From an uncultured Acidimicrobiaceae bacterium (GTDB taxonomy: Bacteria; Actinomycetota; Acidimicrobiia; Acidimicrobiales; Ilumatobacteraceae): a stretch of DNA of 49,904 nucleotides. The notes below the pieces were generated by a model. The model saw only the letters and a list, made by a program, of their open reading frames with translations. It made no database searches and had not been told where the DNA came from. Made by a program: the position numbers and the translations under genes. Numbering within the stretch: the stretch's first letter is position 1; every line of letters starts with the position of its first letter. The stretch lies in contig CBHWEI010000001.1 in the NCBI GenBank assembly GCA_966112835.1, forward strand, positions 1 through 49,904. The letters are read 5' to 3'. Of the stretch, positions 18,220 to 26,547 are shown one piece after another.

Positions 18220-18304
18220 GTCGCAAGTGTGGCACCGAACGCTCCACAACGAGTTCCGGAGCTACGTTCACCTGCTTCCAACCTTCCTGTCGGAGGATGC
18301 CCGC

Positions 18305-19168
18305 ATGAACCCCGATGACATGCCCGCCCTGTCCACCTCGCTCCTGCCCCGCCGCCGGGCCATCGTGCTCATGGCCGGGGCGAGCGCTGCCGTGCTGGCC
18401 GCCTGCAGCAGCGACGGCTCCAGCACCACCGCCACCTCGCCCTCCACCGGCGGCGCCAGCGACTCGACCACCGGTTCCACCGCTGGAGGCACCGACACCA
18501 CGAGCGCCGCCACCGACGGCACCACCGCGGCCACCGATGCCGCCACGTGCAGCACGCCCATCCCCGAGGAGACCGCCGGCCCGTACCCGGGCGACGGCTC
18601 GAACGGCCCCGACATCCTGAGCGACTCGGCCGTCGTCCGCGAAGACATCACCGGCAGCTTCGGCAGCTTCTCGGGCACCGCCCAGGGCGTGCCCATCACC
18701 CTGCACCTGACGGTGCTCGACAGCAGCAAGGGCTGCGCACCGCTCACCGGTGGCGCCATCTACGCCTGGCACGCCGACCGGGACGGGCACTACTCCATGT
18801 ACACCGCGGCCGAGGCCAACTACCTGCGCGGCGTCGGCGAGGCCGACGACACCGGCACGGTGACGTTCCAGTCGATCTTCCCCGGCTGCTACGACGGCCG
18901 CTGGCCGCACATCCACTTCGAGGTGTACCCCAGCATCGATGACGCGCTGAGCACCAGCAACAAGCTGGTCACGTCGCAGCTGGCGCTGCCGCAGGACATG
19001 TGCGAGGTGGCGTACGCCACCGCCGGCTACGAGAGCAGCGTCACCAACCTCACCCATACCTCGCTGTCCACCGACATGGTGTTCCGCGACGGCGTGGACC
19101 AGCAGTTGGCCACGGTCACCGGCGACGCCACGAAGGGCTTCACGGTCGAGCTGACGATGACCGTCTAG
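18305..19168 (+). CDS. Tat/lipobox-exported intradiol-dioxygenase-like protein
   Basis: ATG at 18305. RRR twin-arginine-like motif and lipobox (VLAAC), then an S/T/G-rich linker. The core carries ETAGPYPGDG, YAWHADRDGHYS and GRWPHIHFEV. Confidence 0.7.
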   Translation: MNPDDMPALSTSLLPRRRAIVLMAGASAAVLAACSSDGSSTTATSPSTGGASDSTTGSTAGGTDTTSAATDGTTAATDAATCSTPIPEETAGPYPGDGSNGPDILSDSAVVREDITGSFGSFSGTAQGVPITLHLTVLDSSKGCAPLTGGAIYAWHADRDGHYSMYTAAEANYLRGVGEADDTGTVTFQSIFPGCYDGRWPHIHFEVYPSIDDALSTSNKLVTSQLALPQDMCEVAYATAGYESSVTNLTHTSLSTDMVFRDGVDQQLATVTGDATKGFTVELTMTV

Positions 19169-19181
19169 ACCACCCGCAGGC

Positions 19182-19207
19182 GTCACGCAGAACTCGAGTT
19201 CGGGAGC
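19182..19207 (+). repeat. Copy B of the ~26-nt intergenic repeat
   Basis: GTCACGCAGAACTCGAGTTCGGGAGC, with a perfect 12-bp palindrome GAACTCGAGTTC. It lies between the dioxygenase-like stop (19168) and the gpgS stop (19214). Confidence 0.8.
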
Positions 19208-19213
19208 GAGGCG

Positions 19214-20092
19214 TCAGCCGCGGAGCCAGGCGAGCGGTGGACGCTCGGTGAGGTTCAGCGGAACGGCCGAACCATCGGCCCGGCGCAGGGCCGGGAGCTC
19301 CTGGGGCAACAGATTGCCGTCGGGAACCCGGGCGAGCATCGTCGCCATCACCTCGGCTGCCTGGACGGACAGCGCGTGCAGTGAGCGGTGACGGTGCTCG
19401 CGGGTGCCCAGGTCGACCTGGGCGATGGCCTCGGGCCCGTGGATGCGGGCGATGTCGATGAGCATCGCGATCTCGACGCCCCAGCCCTGCACGAACGGCA
19501 GGTTCTCGAGCACCGTGCGACGACCGGCGTACTCGCCGGCCAACGGCTGGTGCAGCCCCACGAGCTCGGGGTAGTACAGCGACATGAGCGGCCGGGCCAC
19601 CAGCTCGGTGGTGCGACCGCCGCCGCCGAGACGCGTGGGCCGGTGCGACAGCGCCTTCACCAGCGCCACCGTGTCGTCGTCGAGCATCGGCGCAACCAGG
19701 CGCACGATCCAGTCGGGCGTGAAGCTGGTGATGTCGCCGTCGACCCACACCACGAAGTCGCTGTCGCTGGCCGTCAGGCTGGCCCACAGGGCGTTGCCCT
19801 TGCCGTGCCCTTCGCCGTACACGGCGTGCACGTCGCGGATGTCGACCACCCGGGCGCCGGCGCCCGCGGCGACCGAGGCGGTGTCGTCGGTGCTGCGGTC
19901 GTCGAGCACGATGAGCTCGTCGACCAACGGCACGCGGCGCATGAGCTCGCCGCGGATGGTGCTGATGAGCGGGCCGACCGTGGCCGCTTCGTCACGGCAG
20001 GGGATGCACACCGAGATGGTGCGACCGGCCTTGGCCTCGACAAGGGCATCGGCGGCGCAGTCGTCGATCTCGAACAGACGGACCGAGCGCAT
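19214..20092 (-). CDS. gpgS: Glucosyl-3-phosphoglycerate synthase-like GT-A glycosyltransferase
   Basis: ATG at 20092. Strings ISVCIPCRDEAATVG, VLDDRSTDDT and VVWVDGDI (DxD), with a C-terminal region resembling GpgS. It sits next to a folP2-like gene, as gpgS does in mycobacteria (Rv1208/Rv1207, from memory). Confidence 0.7.
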   Translation of the reverse strand: MRSVRLFEIDDCAADALVEAKAGRTISVCIPCRDEAATVGPLISTIRGELMRRVPLVDELIVLDDRSTDDTASVAAGAGARVVDIRDVHAVYGEGHGKGNALWASLTASDSDFVVWVDGDITSFTPDWIVRLVAPMLDDDTVALVKALSHRPTRLGGGGRTTELVARPLMSLYYPELVGLHQPLAGEYAGRRTVLENLPFVQGWGVEIAMLIDIARIHGPEAIAQVDLGTREHRHRSLHALSVQAAEVMATMLARVPDGNLLPQELPALRRADGSAVPLNLTERPPLAWLRG

Positions 20093-20133
20093 CAGCCGAC
20101 CTCTCCGCGGAGCAGCCAGTAGCCTCGCCCACC

Positions 20134-20883
20134 ATGTTCCTGTACGGCGTCGTGAACGCCAGCCCCGACTCCCTGAACACCGATTCCATCGCCACCACGC
20201 CCGAGCAGGCGCTGGCGAGGGCCCGCCGTCTGCTCGCCGACGGTGCCGACGGACTGGACCTGGGCGGCCAGGGCAGCACCGACGTGGCCGAGGTGGTGCC
20301 GTGGGAAGCCGAGTGGGAACGCCTGCGCGACCTCGTGCCGGCACTGGCCACGCTGGGCGTGCCGATGAGCGTCGACACCTGGCGACCGGAGGTGCTGCGC
20401 CGCGCGCTGCAGGCAGGCGCGACCGTCATCAACGCCGCCGACGGCATGCAGGCCGACGCGATGTGGGAGGTGGCCGTCGACTTCGACGTGCCCATCGTGG
20501 TGCCGTTCCTGAGTGGACCGAACCCACGGGCCATGGAGATGGTGGACCGCGACCCGGTGGAGGCGATCATCGAGTTCTTCGACGCCCGCCTGCGCGACGC
20601 CGACCGCTACGGGCTGCGCCACCGCTGCGTGCTCGACCCCGGCACCGGCTTCGCCCCGTCGAACTGGCCGTGGGAGGAGCGCTACGTCTACCAGAAGCGG
20701 GTGTACAGCAACCTCGACGCGATGCGCGTGTTCGATCTGCCGCTGTACATCGCGCTGCCGTGGAAGGAGACCGTGCAGCACGACGAGCTCCTCGAGATCG
20801 TGGTGAAGGCTCGACCCGAGTTCGGTCGGGTGCACTACCCGGCGAAGGTGCGCTCCTTCCAGCGTCGCCTGCTGGGCGACTGA
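20134..20883 (+). CDS. Pterin-binding, dihydropteroate-synthase-like protein (FolP/FolP2-like)
   Basis: DHPS-like strings VNASPDS, DLGGQGST, SVDTWRP, INAADG and DPGTGFAPS. The last replaces the usual GFGK, so the Lys is absent. 249 aa, which is shorter than a typical DHPS. Confidence 0.7.
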   Translation: MFLYGVVNASPDSLNTDSIATTPEQALARARRLLADGADGLDLGGQGSTDVAEVVPWEAEWERLRDLVPALATLGVPMSVDTWRPEVLRRALQAGATVINAADGMQADAMWEVAVDFDVPIVVPFLSGPNPRAMEMVDRDPVEAIIEFFDARLRDADRYGLRHRCVLDPGTGFAPSNWPWEERYVYQKRVYSNLDAMRVFDLPLYIALPWKETVQHDELLEIVVKARPEFGRVHYPAKVRSFQRRLLGD

Positions 20884-20897
20884 CGCATCCGCCACGA

Positions 20898-21740
20898 TCA
20901 CACCACCAGCGGACCGCGCACGAAGATCTGGCTGGGCGGCAGTGACGCGTCCCAGTCCTCGGGGCAGCGCTCCGGGGCGATCTCGCTGAGCGGGGTGAGC
21001 ACGAAACGCCGCTCGTCGATGCGCGGGTGCGGCACGGTGAGACGCTCGCTGGCGATGTGCACGTCGTCGTAGAACAACATGTCGACGTCGAGGGTGCGCG
21101 GGCCCCAGTGGACGATGCGCTGACGCAGTGCGTTGGCCTCGATGCGCTGGCAGCGGCGGATGAACGCGTACGGGTCGAGCGAGGTCTGCACCTTCACCAC
21201 CATGTTCAGGTAGGCGCCCTGGCCGTCGGGGCCGCCGACCGGCTCGGTCTCGTACACCTGGCTCATGGCCACCACGTTGCCCAGTTCGCCGACGGCGAAG
21301 CGCAGGTAGCCCTCGCGGTCACCCAGGTTCGAGCCCAGGGCGACGATGACCTCGTGGTCCTCCAGCGGCGGGGCGGCGGCCTCGGCGCGCGTGCGGGTGA
21401 GGAACACCGACGTGGTGCCGACGGCCTCGGGCACGGGCGGGCGCAACTTGGTGACGGTGACGTCGACCAGTTCGACCAGGTCGAACTCGAGTACGACGTC
21501 GGCCACCTTCGCGGCCAGGCGCTCGAGCAGGATGTCCTTCGAATCGCGGGCCATCTCGACGATGCGTTCGCACACCAGGCCGTAGTGGACGGTGTCGTTC
21601 AGCTCGTCGCTGCGGCCGGCGTTGTGCAGATCGACGCCGATGGAGAGATCGATTCGCAGGGGCTGTGCGAGCTCTCGTTCGTGCGGCAGCGCACCGATGA
21701 TGGTGAGCACCCGCAGGTCTTCGATGAGGATGCGATCCAT
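20898..21740 (-). CDS. folBK: Bifunctional dihydroneopterin aldolase / HPPK (FolB-FolK fusion)
   Basis: The N-terminal half is FolB-like (ILIEDLRVLTIIGALPHERELAQPLRIDL). The C-terminal half is HPPK-like (VIVALGSNLGDR, WGPRTLDVDML, LTVPHPRIDERRFVLTPL). A GGAGG lies 6 nt upstream of the ATG. Confidence 0.85.
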   Translation of the reverse strand: MDRILIEDLRVLTIIGALPHERELAQPLRIDLSIGVDLHNAGRSDELNDTVHYGLVCERIVEMARDSKDILLERLAAKVADVVLEFDLVELVDVTVTKLRPPVPEAVGTTSVFLTRTRAEAAAPPLEDHEVIVALGSNLGDREGYLRFAVGELGNVVAMSQVYETEPVGGPDGQGAYLNMVVKVQTSLDPYAFIRRCQRIEANALRQRIVHWGPRTLDVDMLFYDDVHIASERLTVPHPRIDERRFVLTPLSEIAPERCPEDWDASLPPSQIFVRGPLVV

Positions 21741-21790
21741 GACGGACCTCCTTGTGGGGTCCGGTCAAGTTATCCCCCTACAGTCGGCAC

Positions 21791-22597
21791 ATGGCCAACT
21801 ATGCCGAAGACTTTCCCACCCTGTCGTTCGACGTCCCGGCGCCCGGCGTGCTGCGCATCACGCTCGACGCACCGGGTCTGAATTCTGTGTCACCCGAGTG
21901 TCACCAGCACCTCGCCGACGTGTGGCTGGCCGTGGATCGCGACCCCGACGTGCGGGTCGCCATCATCCAGGGCGCCGGCAAGGCCTTCAGCGCGGGTGGC
22001 AGCTTCGAACTGCTCGACGAGCTCACCAACGACTACGCGGCGCGCACCCGGGCACTGCGCGAGGCCCGCGACATCGTCATGAACGTGGTGAACTGCTCGA
22101 AGCCCATCGTCTCGGCCATCCACGGTCCGGCGGTGGGTGCGGGCCTGGTGTGCGCCCTGCTGGCCGACGTGTCCATCGCGGCCCGCACCGCCCGCATCAT
22201 CGACGGCCACACCCGCCTGGGTGTGGCCGCGGGCGACCATGCCGCCATCTGCTGGCCGCTTCTGTGCGGCATGGCGAAGTCGAAGTACTACCTCCTCACG
22301 TGCGACACGCTGACGGGCGAGGAGGCCGAGCGCATCGGCCTGGTGTCGCTGTGCGTCGATGACGACCAGGTGCAGGTGCGGGCGCTGGAGGTGGCGGCGC
22401 AACTGGCCGGCATGAGCCAGTCGGCCATCCGCTGGACCAAGCACACCCTGAACCACTGGTACCGCCAGGCCGGGCCCATCTTCGACGCCAGCCTTGCCTA
22501 CGAGTTCTTCGGCTTCGGTGGCCCCGACGCCGCCGAGGGGTTGGCCAGCCACCGCGAGAAGCGGGCACCGCACTTCACCGGCCCGGCCAGCGAGTGA
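21791..22597 (+). CDS. Enoyl-CoA hydratase/isomerase (crotonase) family protein
   Basis: ATG at 21791. Crotonase oxyanion regions [15 protein letters not shown] and HGPAVGAGL. Confidence 0.85.
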   Translation: MANYAEDFPTLSFDVPAPGVLRITLDAPGLNSVSPECHQHLADVWLAVDRDPDVRVAIIQGAGKAFSAGGSFELLDELTNDYAARTRALREARDIVMNVVNCSKPIVSAIHGPAVGAGLVCALLADVSIAARTARIIDGHTRLGVAAGDHAAICWPLLCGMAKSKYYLLTCDTLTGEEAERIGLVSLCVDDDQVQVRALEVAAQLAGMSQSAIRWTKHTLNHWYRQAGPIFDASLAYEFFGFGGPDAAEGLASHREKRAPHFTGPASE

Positions 22598-22640
22598 GGG
22601 CCAGCGAGTGAGGCCCGGCGAGTGAGGGCCGGCGAGTGAG
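22585..22640 (+). repeat. 4 x 14-nt tandem repeat (GGCCRGCGAGTGAG) starting inside the crotonase stop region
   Basis: The four units are 22585-22598, 22599-22612, 22613-22626 and 22627-22640. Each unit contains TGA. The TGAs at 22595, 22609, 22623 and 22637 fall in all three frames. Confidence 0.85.
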
Positions 22641-22713
22641 GCCGCCGGTCGGATGCCGAGAATGCACGAGGCCCCGCCGGAGATCCGGACGGGGCCACGG
22701 TGACGACCTGGAG

Positions 22714-22786
22714 TGGAGCTGAGGGGAATTGAACCCCTGACCTCTTCATTGCGAACGAAGCGCTCTGCCAACTGAGCTACAGCCCC
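22714..22786 (-). tRNA. tRNA-Ala (anticodon CGC)
   Basis: 73 nt: GGGGCTGTAGCTCAGTTGGCAGAGCGCTTCGTTCGCAATGAAGAGGTCAGGGGTTCAATTCCCCTCAGCTCCA. It folds into a cloverleaf with a 7-bp acceptor stem that includes the G3:U70 Ala identity pair. The anticodon loop is TTCGCAA and the T-loop is GGTTCAATTCC. CCA is not genome-encoded. Confidence 0.9.
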
Positions 22787-22843
22787 TGGTTGCGGTTCGC
22801 GAGTGTAGCGGTGAACCCGCCACGCCACGCAGGTGACGCCGAC

Positions 22844-23407
22844 TCAGGCGGCGTTGAACCAGTTGTGCTCGCCGTGCTGGCGGTCGAGCTCCAGGGCCCG
22901 GATCTGCGCCAGCTTGTAGCAGTAGCCGCACAGGGCCACGAACGACAGGCCGAACGCCCACACCATGGACGAGGCGTGCGTGGTGGCGGCCAGGAAGCCG
23001 GAGACGCCGACCATGACGACCAGGCCGAACAGCACGTTGGCGCGGCGGCGACGGACGATCTCGCGTTGGCTGACACGGTGCAGGTGCATCTGGCGATGGT
23101 GGTGACCCTCGGCGACGTCGCGCTGCAACGTGGCCTGGTGCATGCGGCCCGTGGGGGCGGCGGCACGACGCACCTGGCCGGGATGGCCGTGCGTGCGGTT
23201 GGCCTGCGGCGCCTGCGTGAGCGGGCGAGCCATGCCCCGCATGGGGACCATGGTGCGGGTGGGGACGGCGCGCTGCAGGGTGCTGAGCTGGCGCCGGAAG
23301 TCGGTGACGGACGAGTTGGGCCGGTTCTCAGACCGCGAACGCAACAGCGGCGGAATGATGACGGCGGCCCAGACGGCGGCGACGGCGAGCAGGACGACGG
23401 GCTGCAT
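22844..23407 (-). CDS. Hypothetical membrane protein (one N-terminal and two C-terminal TM segments)
   Basis: TM segments are VVLLAVAAVWAAVIIPPLL at the N-terminus and VLFGLVVMVGVSGFLAATT and MVWAFGLSFVALCGYCY at the C-terminus. The basic middle region is His/Arg-rich. I recognise no family. Confidence 0.5.
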   Translation of the reverse strand: MQPVVLLAVAAVWAAVIIPPLLRSRSENRPNSSVTDFRRQLSTLQRAVPTRTMVPMRGMARPLTQAPQANRTHGHPGQVRRAAAPTGRMHQATLQRDVAEGHHHRQMHLHRVSQREIVRRRRANVLFGLVVMVGVSGFLAATTHASSMVWAFGLSFVALCGYCYKLAQIRALELDRQHGEHNWFNAA

Positions 23408-23480
23408 TACTGGGCCTCCTGCGGTGCTGAGTGGTGATACATCATGTTCTCGGGACCGTTCCCTTTCGGGGCGCAGTTCA

Positions 23481-23996
23481 TTACGGTTCTACTACGTTCG
23501 TAACGGCCGACGCAATGTTAGCGGGTCGACGGTACGTACCGGACCGCCCCCCGGTTTTCTCCCACAGGGCCACCTCACCGATGACCATGCCGCGATCGGC
23601 CGACTTGCACATGTCGTAGATGGTCAGGGCGGCCACGCTGCACGCATGGAGGGCCTCCATCTCGACACCGGTTCGGTCGACGGTGTCGACCTGCACCTCG
23701 ATCTCGATGTGGTCGTCGCCGATCTCGAAGTTCACCGAGACCGAGCCGACCAGCAGCGGATGGCACAGCGGGATCATGTCGCTGGTGCGTTTCGCTGCCT
23801 GGATGGCGGCCACCCGGGCGACGGCGAGCACGTCACCCTTCTTCACTTCCCGGTTGGCGATGGCCGCCGTGGTCTCGGGTTGCATGAACACCTTGCCGCG
23901 GGCGACCGCTCGCCGATGGGTGGGGTCCTTGGGGGTCACGTCGACCATGCGGGCCCGACCCATGGGATCGAGGTGCGTGAAAGTGAGGTCACTCAT
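23481..23996 (-). CDS. moaC: Cyclic pyranopterin monophosphate synthase MoaC
   Basis: Strings LTHLDPMGRARMVDV, KGDVLAVARVAAIQAAKRTSDMIPLCHPL and EMEALHACSVAALTIYDMCK. It has a ~17-aa C-terminal tail encoded in a locally AT-richer stretch. Confidence 0.9.
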   Translation of the reverse strand: MSDLTFTHLDPMGRARMVDVTPKDPTHRRAVARGKVFMQPETTAAIANREVKKGDVLAVARVAAIQAAKRTSDMIPLCHPLLVGSVSVNFEIGDDHIEIEVQVDTVDRTGVEMEALHACSVAALTIYDMCKSADRGMVIGEVALWEKTGGRSGTYRRPANIASAVTNVVEP

Positions 23997-24091
23997 CCGT
24001 CACGGAACTGTAGTACGTCCGGGCCGAGTGTGTCGGCAGGGTGACGGAACGGTGTCGCGTCGGGATCGCTCGGGCGAGTCGGTCGGCTCGA

Positions 24092-25999
24092 TCAGTACGG
24101 GACGGTGCAGCCCTGGATGGTGGCGCCCGTGACGGTCGTGCCGCTCGCGGTGAGCGACACGCGGCACGTCATCCACGACGTGGCCCCGACCTTGGCGACG
24201 ACCGTGACGTCACCGTCGTTCACGCTGCCGTTGTCCACCGCGACGATGGGGTAGGTGGAGGTCGAGCCCGTGGACTTCACCTTCAGGACGCGCACCACCA
24301 TGCCCAGCGTCGTGAACCCGGCCGAACTGTTCGGCAGTTGGACATTGATCTTCGCCAGCGGGAGGTACACCTCGCCGTCGAACCAGAACGTGTTGTTGTT
24401 GCCGTTCGAGCTGAGGAAGTCGCAGCCCGACGACGCCAGGACGACACACCCCGACTGGGCCTTCACGGTGGGGCCCTGCACGCCTGTGTAGCTGAGCGCC
24501 ACGCCGTCGACGTTCACGGTGCGAGTGCTGCCGCTGTTCAGGGTGGTGATCGTCAGATTCACCTTGAAGCCGGCAGTGAGGGGCTTGGTGCACGTCGGCG
24601 CGAGCGTCACCTTGCTGAGCGCCACCGTCAGCTTCCCTGGCGTGCCCGTCGTGCACAGCGTCGTACCTGCACTGTCGACCACCGTCACCGAGACGGTGTC
24701 GTTGGCGACGGGGCTCGAGGCCGTGACGTCGACCTTCAGCGGTGAGACCACGAACGCGGGGAGAGCGTTCGCGCCCGTGATGTTCGTGAACACCAGGCTG
24801 TTCGTCGTCTTGTTCTTCGCCACGGAGTAGGTGGCCACCTTGGTGTCGACCGACTTCGCGTTGGCGGGGTTCGTCCAGGTGGTGCCCGTCGGGTTGTCAC
24901 CCACGACGAAGGTGTCGCTGTACGTCTTCGACAGGGTCGTCGTCGCGCCGAAGATGGGGAGTCGCACCGACTTGCCGAGCGACGGTTGGTTCACCGAGAG
25001 GCCGCACACTTCCAGGGTCGGCGAGCTGCCGGACAGCTTCACCGTGGCGGTTCCTCCGAAGACGAGCAACGCGCCGTTCCCGGCAGCTCCGCCAGGGACA
25101 CACGCCTTGGAGAAGTCGGTGGAGCTGGTGAAGCCGCTCACCAGCTTGCCGGCGATCGTGCGTTGCTTGATGGTCCAGTCGAACGAGTCGAAGTAGTGCA
25201 CACCGGGCAGGAAGTTGGTGATGCTGCAGCTCCCGACCGCGGCGTCGATCGCCGATTGGGACGCCCAGGTTCCCGGCTGCAGCGACGCCACGCCGGTCTT
25301 CGTGTCGCAGGTCCCGGTCCCCGCTGCCGGGGCCTCGTCGATGCCGGGCACGTAGCCCGGGTCGGTCGCCGGCGGGCTCGCGACCGCGCAGGACGTGAAC
25401 GACGCGCCGTCGACGGTGACGTTCACACCCTTGCAGCCGTACCGCGCCTTCACGGTCCCGCCGTTGACGACCAGGTTGTCGCCCACGATGTCGGAGTTCG
25501 CGGAGACGTTGCCGTTCACCTGCAACGTCCCCGTGATGTCCAGTCCTGCTTCGCCGTTGCGCTTGCCGTCGTCCTCGGCCTTGCCCGTCGCCAACGTCAG
25601 CAGCCCCCACGCGGAGCCCCCGCCCTTCGGGGTGAGCGACGTGCCCTGCGGGCACACCTGGGTGGTCACCTTGTCGCCGCGCACGGTACCGAAGTCGCGC
25701 ACGGGTGCGCAGCTGGGGTTCGTGCCCGCGTTGCCCTCGGAGGGGTTGTTCACGATGTACTCGACGGCCGCCTTCATGGCCGCGTCGGCGGCGTAGAGCT
25801 TGTCGCGGGCCGGGGTGTACGCGTTCGACTGGGCACGCAGGGTCGCCGAGGCGTAGCCCAGCCCCGCCGCCATGGCCAGGCCGATCACGGTCACGAACAC
25901 GATGGCCATGATGAGCGCCGAGCCCTGGTCGGCGCGGCGGGTGTCGCCCGGGGCCCGATCGTCCTGGGGAAGTTCCGGGAGGTCGTGCTGCCGGCTCAT
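24092..25999 (-). CDS. Large PilX/GspK-like minor-pilin-type protein (635 aa) with a Thr/Ser/Gly/Val-rich, Cys-containing extracellular region
   Basis: The ATG at 25999 overlaps the upstream stop (ATGA). The N-terminal segment DQGSALIMAIVFVTVIGLAMAAGLGYASATL resembles PilX_N / TadG-like hydrophobic N-termini and lacks Glu5. The rest looks beta-rich, with multiple Cys. Confidence 0.6.
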   Translation of the reverse strand: MSRQHDLPELPQDDRAPGDTRRADQGSALIMAIVFVTVIGLAMAAGLGYASATLRAQSNAYTPARDKLYAADAAMKAAVEYIVNNPSEGNAGTNPSCAPVRDFGTVRGDKVTTQVCPQGTSLTPKGGGSAWGLLTLATGKAEDDGKRNGEAGLDITGTLQVNGNVSANSDIVGDNLVVNGGTVKARYGCKGVNVTVDGASFTSCAVASPPATDPGYVPGIDEAPAAGTGTCDTKTGVASLQPGTWASQSAIDAAVGSCSITNFLPGVHYFDSFDWTIKQRTIAGKLVSGFTSSTDFSKACVPGGAAGNGALLVFGGTATVKLSGSSPTLEVCGLSVNQPSLGKSVRLPIFGATTTLSKTYSDTFVVGDNPTGTTWTNPANAKSVDTKVATYSVAKNKTTNSLVFTNITGANALPAFVVSPLKVDVTASSPVANDTVSVTVVDSAGTTLCTTGTPGKLTVALSKVTLAPTCTKPLTAGFKVNLTITTLNSGSTRTVNVDGVALSYTGVQGPTVKAQSGCVVLASSGCDFLSSNGNNNTFWFDGEVYLPLAKINVQLPNSSAGFTTLGMVVRVLKVKSTGSTSTYPIVAVDNGSVNDGDVTVVAKVGATSWMTCRVSLTASGTTVTGATIQGCTVPY

Positions 26000-26547
26000 G
26001 AGGTCGCTCCTCGACGGGTGATGTTCAGCGTCCAGCTCTCGGCGGTCACGTCGCCCTTGCCCGCCGCGGTGAACGTGACCGAGATCTTCGCCGCCGTGCA
26101 CGAGGCCGCGCAGGTGCCCGGAGTGAACGCACTGATGTTGGTGGCGACCACGTTCGAACTGGTCTGCGTGCCGCCCGTGCACACCTTGCGGGTGAGGTTC
26201 GTGCCGCTCAACGACCACGCGACCACCACGTCGCGGGTGGCCTTCGTGGCGTCGCTGCGCGACAGGAACTTCAGCGTGGCGGTGCCGCACGTGGCGTCGG
26301 TGCTGTTCACCAGCACAGGCCCCTCGGCGGAGTAGATGTCGCCGGTGAGCGAGCGCGTGACCGCCATCTCGGTCATGCTCTGGTCCAGACGGGTGCTGTT
26401 GTTGTTCGTGGTCTTGATGCCCATGTACAGGGCGCCACCCACGACGGTGCCCACCAGACCGAGCAGCACCACCGAGATGATGAGCTCGACCAGGGTCACG
26501 CCGGCGTCACGGCGGGCGTCGAGCCGGGTGCCGGCGCGCGCGTTCAT
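25996..26547 (-). CDS. Prepilin-type (pseudo)pilin, 183 aa
   Basis: Leader MNARAGTRLDARRDAG followed by VTLVELIISVVLLGLVG, a class III signal with Glu at +5. The ATG at 26547 overlaps the upstream stop (ATGA). Confidence 0.7.
   Translation of the reverse strand: MNARAGTRLDARRDAGVTLVELIISVVLLGLVGTVVGGALYMGIKTTNNNSTRLDQSMTEMAVTRSLTGDIYSAEGPVLVNSTDATCGTATLKFLSRSDATKATRDVVVAWSLSGTNLTRKVCTGGTQTSSNVVATNISAFTPGTCAASCTAAKISVTFTAAGKGDVTAESWTLNITRRGATS

Noticed and set aside
22585-22640. CRISPR-like array.
   Set aside because: The 14-nt units are contiguous with no spacers, there are only four copies, and no cas genes are present. This is a simple tandem repeat.
22709-22713. Genome-encoded CCA on tRNA-Ala.
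   Set aside because: The bases after the discriminator A read CTCCA, not CCA, so the 3' CCA must be added post-transcriptionally. The tRNA end was therefore set at 22714.
22598-22843. Genomic island or prophage integration at tRNA-Ala.
   Set aside because: No integrase, excisionase or phage-like gene flanks the tRNA. I did not see a direct repeat of the tRNA 3' segment elsewhere in the window. The flanking genes are ordinary metabolic and membrane genes with the same composition.
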